64,000 bases of DNA from contig OY760175.1 of the NCBI GenBank assembly GCA_963663165.1, positions 6,304,001 through 6,368,000 of the forward strand, read 5' to 3'. Both the position numbers and the translations under genes were made by a program. The notes beneath the pieces were generated by a model. The model did not search any database, was not told where the DNA came from, and saw nothing but the letters and a program-made list of their open reading frames with translations. This DNA comes from an uncultured Desulfospira sp. Its GTDB lineage: Bacteria; Desulfobacterota; Desulfobacteria; Desulfobacterales; Desulfobacteraceae. Below are positions 59,601 to 64,000 of this stretch, piece by piece (the stretch's first letter is position 1; every line of letters starts with the position of its first letter).

Positions 59601-61382
59601 TTCCACAAACCCCTGGGCGGTTGAGAATTCATATTTGCTGTCCGGCTGAAGGGCCAACACCACACGGACCACATCCTCCTTTTCCTGGCTTGCGTGAATG
59701 GATTTTATTTTGTCTGAATGGATCTCTTTGTCCAGTACCCCTTCCGGAATCACGGCATCTTTGATATCCACGACAATCCGGTCCGGGGATTCTTTGATAT
59801 ACCATGCGGTATCCACCGGCCGGTCCAGCTTGATCAGCACCTGCTCTTCATTTCCCTGAATTTCAAATTCCGGGGCGCTTAAGCGGTTTGAACTCTGGAG
59901 GGAAGCCGTTTTAAAATCCTGTTCAGGCTCACCCGGCTGCCCGGGGCCTTCAGTTTGTGTTTCAGCTGCCGCAAGGACTGTACCCGCCTGTGAAGCATCC
60001 GGAATTCCGGGTTTTTCCGGGCCGAGACAAAGGGTCAGCACATGGGCGTCATCCACGATTTTCTGGGTGGTAGAAAATTGACGCGGGCCACCCGGTTTAA
60101 GATCCAAGACCACACGGACCACGTCTTTTTGGTTCTGGGCCGCGCGAATGGATTTGATGTTGGGGGAGTTGACCGCCTGGCTCAGAACCTTTTCCGGAAT
60201 AAAGGCGTTTTTAATATCCACAACAATCCGGTCCGGGGATTTTAAGGAAAACCAGGAGGCGTCAACCGGCCGGTTCAGGTTAATGGTAATCTGGTCCTGT
60301 CCCTCGCTGGTTTCAAGCTTGGGCATGGATAAATGGGCTAAGAACGGGGGAAATGGCTTTTTTTCCGGAGACAGCGCAACGCCTTGAACGGGCTGGTCCG
60401 GTTCAGTTTCAAAGGAGGGGGGTATTTTGGGTTCAGCTTCTGCCACCAGGGGTTCAGGCTCTTTTCTGAAAGAAGGCCCTTCATGCTTTTCAGGACTTAA
60501 GCATAAAAACAGTGCCGGAGATCCCTGGACCTGCCCCTGGGTGGTGGAAAAATTATAGACACTGCCCGGTTCAAGCTCTAAGGTCACACGGACAATATCT
60601 TCTTTATGCTGGCCGGTCCGGATGGCCTTGATGATCTGGGAATTCACCTCATTGGACAAAAATCCCTCCGGGATAAAGGTGTCTTTTAAATCCACAACGA
60701 TCCGGTCCTGGGATTCAAGCCTGAACCAGGAGACATCCACAGGGTGATTCAACTTGATCAGCACCTGCTCTTCATTTCCTTTTTCTTTAAACAACGGGGC
60801 AGAGACCTGGTTTGAATAAGGGGCGACAGACGGCCCGGTCTGCTTGGGGGGGATGGGCCTGGTCACCTGTCCGGGTTTTTCCTCAATGGGGGCGTCTTCT
60901 TTTGTTTTTGAAGATGCCAGAAGGGTGCCGGAAATCTGGGACGGTAATCCCCCGTGAATCATGGGGTAGACCGAAAGGGATAACACATGGGAATTTTTTC
61001 TGCGCCGCTGGTTGGTTGAAAAATTATAGTTGCAGTCCGGCCTAAGCCCTAAGGTCACCCGGACCACATCTTCTTTGTGCTGGCTGGTCCGGATGGTCTG
61101 GACAATTCTTGAATCAACCTGGTCTACCAGCAGCCCGTCAGGGAAAAAGGCGTCTTTTAAATCAAATACCACCTGGTTCCGGGCTTTCAGTGTAAACCAT
61201 GATATGTCAACCGGGCGGTCGAGATTAATGACCACGCGGTCTTCAATGGCGTCTTTTTCGAACTGGGGAGTCGATACCCGGTTGGCGGAACGGGCCGATA
61301 AATAGTCGGTCTTTATGAAAAGAATGCCAACACAAAAAAGCAGTGCGCATGATATAACGGCAAAGCATATGTTTTTTCTCAT
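56649..61382 (-). CDS. Large envelope protein: six AMIN-like repeats, acidic Ala/Glu linker, C-terminal beta-barrel (DUF1302-like)
   Basis: Repeat pattern S.P.F...I.LDRPV..SW...DRIVVD.K...IR..Q...DVVRV.L; barrel motifs GKQIVRWG and DTLNPQDL; ends in YRF. Confidence 0.82.
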   Translation of the reverse strand: MRKNICFAVISCALLFCVGILFIKTDYLSARSANRVSTPQFEKDAIEDRVVINLDRPVDISWFTLKARNQVVFDLKDAFFPDGLLVDQVDSRIVQTIRTSQHKEDVVRVTLGLRPDCNYNFSTNQRRRKNSHVLSLSVYPMIHGGLPSQISGTLLASSKTKEDAPIEEKPGQVTRPIPPKQTGPSVAPYSNQVSAPLFKEKGNEEQVLIKLNHPVDVSWFRLESQDRIVVDLKDTFIPEGFLSNEVNSQIIKAIRTGQHKEDIVRVTLELEPGSVYNFSTTQGQVQGSPALFLCLSPEKHEGPSFRKEPEPLVAEAEPKIPPSFETEPDQPVQGVALSPEKKPFPPFLAHLSMPKLETSEGQDQITINLNRPVDASWFSLKSPDRIVVDIKNAFIPEKVLSQAVNSPNIKSIRAAQNQKDVVRVVLDLKPGGPRQFSTTQKIVDDAHVLTLCLGPEKPGIPDASQAGTVLAAAETQTEGPGQPGEPEQDFKTASLQSSNRLSAPEFEIQGNEEQVLIKLDRPVDTAWYIKESPDRIVVDIKDAVIPEGVLDKEIHSDKIKSIHASQEKEDVVRVVLALQPDSKYEFSTAQGFVEGDHVLFLSLAPEKGKAPPAPGSGDILVSSLEEDQQGPVPEPGQEDIPPFLAHADTPPVPEDDAAPLNRLSDPQFKAQGSEEQILIKVDRPVAMSWSTEKSPGQIIVNIRDAVIGEGGLTRQINAQKIQSIQASQETKDMVQLVLNLQPDSAVEFSTAQGFVDGSHALSLRIGPEKGAPAQEDTGDVLASAETQDMMPSAPLQPDQAEPAMAQAPASPEAGDQAAAMLANRLSDPTYSAHGNVEQILIKLDRPVATSWTALESSGQIMVDIKGAVVPEGGLTKEIHSKKIKSLQASQAKEDVVRLVLNLEPDSDVEFSTAQGFVEGSHVLSFRLGPGKEIPAEAAAPALASLPKETRAMAPEQALAEATGPIQPEDREVPYEPILSTQETMAEPRVEPVAVETTEAEGVAVAMAETEPAPGETGWVEMAEAETAGAEIAKAETVEPETAAVEVAETEAPEVQAPEVKAPEAETAGVKIAEAQAPEIETTEPEAAEAEKAGIETAQAETAEVPMAETKTPEAIAPEIETAVAEAPEAETPEVKTAPVEAPEIETAEAEADTAREETAEQQDLKISGLVQARGTLQVADQGAENETSFRNRVILEADYKDMLVVSALSDYLYFGPDDKTSDYDLDLYEAKLQYQWENVTVSLGKQIVRWGKMDRISPVDTLNPQDLREFNLPDYEDRKIPVWMADIRYTFNGFTLEGVVIPFFEENRQNYFQSNWSMFGHIKKEVADSNLSAFQKAYFENLNVHEEDPDNETEWGVRLSASVRDLDFGFTYHYATEDNPYYESFPVKNISVADGLSPDDFTAGTYQNEDIEVEYRKTSIAGLEFETAVAGFGIRGEAAWYENESFLTTSLTSVRKPTFTYAIGADYTTKANTYLNFQVAHRYVADFDDTILYAEENETSLLGEIRLNAFVDWLQACVKYTKPLNNDSFYLNPYLKLSYITNLDCRIGAGIYSGDSDTRLGRFEDQDVYYLDVTYRF

Positions 61383-61653
61383 TACAATTCCCCTTTGGCC
61401 ATTTTCTAAAAAGGAAGAAATAGTTGGGTTTTTTCCAAGGAAAGAGCAATAACCAGGCCAAAGGCGCGTGCCTTAAAGCGGAAAAATATTTATATCATTT
61501 AATTTCAATTGGTTATAAAGGATTTAATCTGATCACAGCTCTCTTTTTTTGTCTTAAATCCAGGGTCTGGAATTTATTAGCGTCAACACGATGACGCTTT
61601 GAAACCCTGCGAATGAGGGCGGTCTTGACGATTCAGGGCAAGCCTATTTTTAA

Positions 61654-61705
61654 TAACGGCCACGGGCCGCCTTGGTTGGATAACCAAAGCCGTCCGTGAC
61701 GGTTT
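61654..61705. repeat. ~50-nt hairpin repeat, copy 3
   Basis: TAACGGCCACGGGCCGCCTTGGTTGGATAACCAAAGCCGTCCGTGACGGTT. Confidence 0.75.
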
Positions 61706-61866
61706 ATATAGACATCCAATCCCATATTCTTTATGCTTTTCTTTATAACCTGAACCCTTATGATTTGACGGCGGGTTTGGGGGGGATACATCTGCTCCCC
61801 CCTCTTTTCAGGCCCGGCCGGGGGCGGGGCAGGATGCCAAACAATGAAAATTTAAGGGATGGAATT

Positions 61867-62694
61867 ATGGGTGGTAATGCGGTCTTTAAAAGAAATGATA
61901 AAAAAGGGTCACTGGTTTTTATTTCCCACGGCGGCGGGCCGTGGCCCATTATGGGGGATGCGCGGCATACCCATCTGATCGAGTTCCTCAAAGAACTGCC
62001 GTCCGGCCTGATCCGGCCCGATGCCATCCTTTTGGTCAGTGCCCATTGGGAGGAAGATGTCGCGACCATCCAAAGCGGTCCAAAGCCGGATCTTTTTTTT
62101 GATTATTATGGGTTTCCCGAAAAGGCCTATTCATATGAGTATAATGCCCCCGGGGCACCGCAGCTTGCCCGGAAAATAGCCGGTCTGCTGGCTGATAACG
62201 GGGTATCCTCGGCAATGGATGATCAGCGCGGGTTTGATCACGGCATGTTTGTCCCCCTCATGCTCATGTATCCGGATGCCGGGATACCATGTCTTGAGCT
62301 GTCTTTGTACAACAGCCTGGACCCCCTGCAGCATATCGCCCTGGGGAAGGCCATTGGCCGGTTAAGACAGGAAAATATCCTGATCATCGGCTCGGGCTCA
62401 TCCTTTCATAACCTGCCGGCCTTTCATGAGCCCCCCACGGCAGAAACCAGAAGGCTCAATCACGATTTTGAATCCTGGCTTCGGCAGACCCTGACCCGCA
62501 GCGACATATCGGAACAGGCGCGCCAGGAAAACCTGGTTGCCTGGGAATCCGCCCCTGGCGCCCGGTTCTGCCATCCCCGGGAGGAACACCTGCTGCCCCT
62601 TCATGTGTGCTACGGGGTTGCGGGGGGCCCTGCGGACCGGGTGATTGAGGTGACCTATATGGACCGGACCGCCAGCATGTATATCTGGGCCTGA
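61867..62694 (+). CDS. Class III extradiol dioxygenase (LigB/DODA-like); start uncertain
   Basis: ISHGGGP, VSAHWE, DYYGFP, RGFDHG, GSGSSFHN, HPREEHLLPL. Confidence 0.9.
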   Translation: MGGNAVFKRNDKKGSLVFISHGGGPWPIMGDARHTHLIEFLKELPSGLIRPDAILLVSAHWEEDVATIQSGPKPDLFFDYYGFPEKAYSYEYNAPGAPQLARKIAGLLADNGVSSAMDDQRGFDHGMFVPLMLMYPDAGIPCLELSLYNSLDPLQHIALGKAIGRLRQENILIIGSGSSFHNLPAFHEPPTAETRRLNHDFESWLRQTLTRSDISEQARQENLVAWESAPGARFCHPREEHLLPLHVCYGVAGGPADRVIEVTYMDRTASMYIWA

Positions 62695-62793
62695 ACCTCT
62701 GGTGTTGAATCTTGCTCTAATTGTCAGCCGCAGGCTGATTTATTTGAGCGTGAGCAAGATTAAAAGCAGGCGCGGGAAAACCGGATGAAAAAA

Positions 62794-63759
62794 TCATGGT
62801 TCCCCGGGGCCGCTTTTAATGGAGAAAAAACTCAACAAAGAGCCTGCAATGAGCATGATGCACCCCAGCCACAACGAGAGGGTGGGGGCCACGGAAAGGT
62901 AAATGCAGGAGACAATGGTGGAAAACAGCGGGGTCAGATAGGAGCTTGAGGCCACCAGAATGGCGTTGCCCTCCCGCATGGCATTGTCCCACAGGCTGTA
63001 GGCGGCATATGTAATCACCCCCATGACGATGACTTCAATGATCACCCGAAGGTTCCATATCCGGGGCTCGGTGACGAAAAAGCTGATGGCAAACATGACC
63101 AGGGCCGTAGCCGCCAGAAAGTAGGCAACGGCCCCCCCGGCCTGGTCGCCCCCCACCCATTTCCGGGTGAGGGTGGAGTATAAAGCCCAGGCAACGGCCG
63201 CACACAGGGCCGTCAGATAAGCCGCCGGATTAGCGGCAAGATTGTCCAGGGTGCCGTGCCAGGTATGGTTGCCCCCGCCGGACAGGACAAAGAAGACCCC
63301 GAACAGGGCCAGGACGGTGCCCGGCAACAGAAGCCATCCGGCCCTGTTCTTTAAAATGGGGACAGAAAACAGCAGTGTCAGGGCAGGCCACAGGTAATTG
63401 ATCAATCCGATCTCCACCACCTGGTTGTGGTTTTCGGCCAGCCCAACGGCAAGGAACAGGCACAGCATATACGCCACAAAAAGGAACCCGCAGCCAAATA
63501 GATAGTTGCGGGACAGTCTGGCCAGTTTGCGGCGCTGTCCGGAGGACCGGAATACGCCGGCCAGGCCGAGTCCGGCACTGATACAATACACCAGTCCCGC
63601 CCCAAAGACCGGGCCTAGGTTTTCACAGATACTGCGGGTAAACGCAATGCTTGTACTCCACAGCAGGATGGCCAGAAGCCCTCCGGCTGTCGCCAGGTGA
63701 GCTGAGCTGCTCAAGTTGATACGGTCTGCCACTTTTCTTTCTCCAAAAATCAATTTCAA
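62794..63759 (-). CDS. yddG: DMT/EamA transporter, YddG-like aromatic amino acid exporter
   Basis: ATAGGLLAILLWST, EIGLINYLWP, SYLTPLFS; ~10 TM segments. Confidence 0.78.
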   Translation of the reverse strand: MKLIFGERKVADRINLSSSAHLATAGGLLAILLWSTSIAFTRSICENLGPVFGAGLVYCISAGLGLAGVFRSSGQRRKLARLSRNYLFGCGFLFVAYMLCLFLAVGLAENHNQVVEIGLINYLWPALTLLFSVPILKNRAGWLLLPGTVLALFGVFFVLSGGGNHTWHGTLDNLAANPAAYLTALCAAVAWALYSTLTRKWVGGDQAGGAVAYFLAATALVMFAISFFVTEPRIWNLRVIIEVIVMGVITYAAYSLWDNAMREGNAILVASSSYLTPLFSTIVSCIYLSVAPTLSLWLGCIMLIAGSLLSFFSIKSGPGEP

Positions 63760-64000
63760 GCGACGACGATTTTTTCATAAGGCCAGCACACCACCCCGCC
63801 GTCCATGAATTTGACGTTTTCATACCCTTCCCCGCTCAGGATCCGTTCGGCTTCATATCCGCGCAGGGAGATTTTGCAAAACGGAACGATCTCCTTATCC
63901 CGGGGCAGCTGGGCCAGGGATTCCCGAAGTTTTCCCAAAGGAATCAGCTTTACCCTGGGATCTTCAATACGCATCTGCTCATACTCCTGGGGGCTTCTGA
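63756..64000 (-). CDS. C-terminal rhodanese domain of a gene running off the window
   Basis: IPLGKLRESLAQLPRDKEIVPFCKISLRGYEA...MDGG..CW. Confidence 0.8.
   Translation of the reverse strand, partial: RSPQEYEQMRIEDPRVKLIPLGKLRESLAQLPRDKEIVPFCKISLRGYEAERILSGEGYENVKFMDGGVVCWPYEKIVVA

Overview
64-kb window from a GC-rich anaerobic deltaproteobacterium. Gene content and intergenic repeats suggest Desulfobacteraceae (inference). The two flanks are ordinary chromosome. The left flank has an amidohydrolase, a radical SAM/Tat-nitrilase cluster and an ADP-forming acyl-CoA synthetase divergent from iorAB-paaK-TRAP. The right flank has a Buk-Ptb fusion beside a degenerate Acs-like protein, FapA, peroxiredoxins, metK-ahcY with adenosine kinase, three VPxPG-CTERM proteins and a six-AMIN-repeat outer-membrane protein. 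Between about 15.9 and 34.3 kb is a visibly more AT-rich, heavily rearranged island. It holds two broken hipA copies, a zeta-like ATPase pair, a DUF262 pseudogene, an IdeS/Mac-like CTERM protease, IS701, Fic, a group II intron remnant and several MITE-like elements. The main finding is two related ~4.3-kb TG...CA transposons (20045-24348 and 24351-28628) joined end-to-end with a 2-bp spacer. Each encodes a variable Cys-rich ORF, a CHC2-type Zn-finger protein, an unknown ~185-aa protein, a DDE transposase and a MuB/TniB-like AAA ATPase. They share 24-bp terminal IRs, internal end repeats and an ACCCCGC array at matching offsets. I do not recognise this as a described IS/Tn family. Second, several island breakpoints fall at GGGGAC/GTCCCC-type boxes. 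All family calls come from motif recognition by eye; no database search was run.
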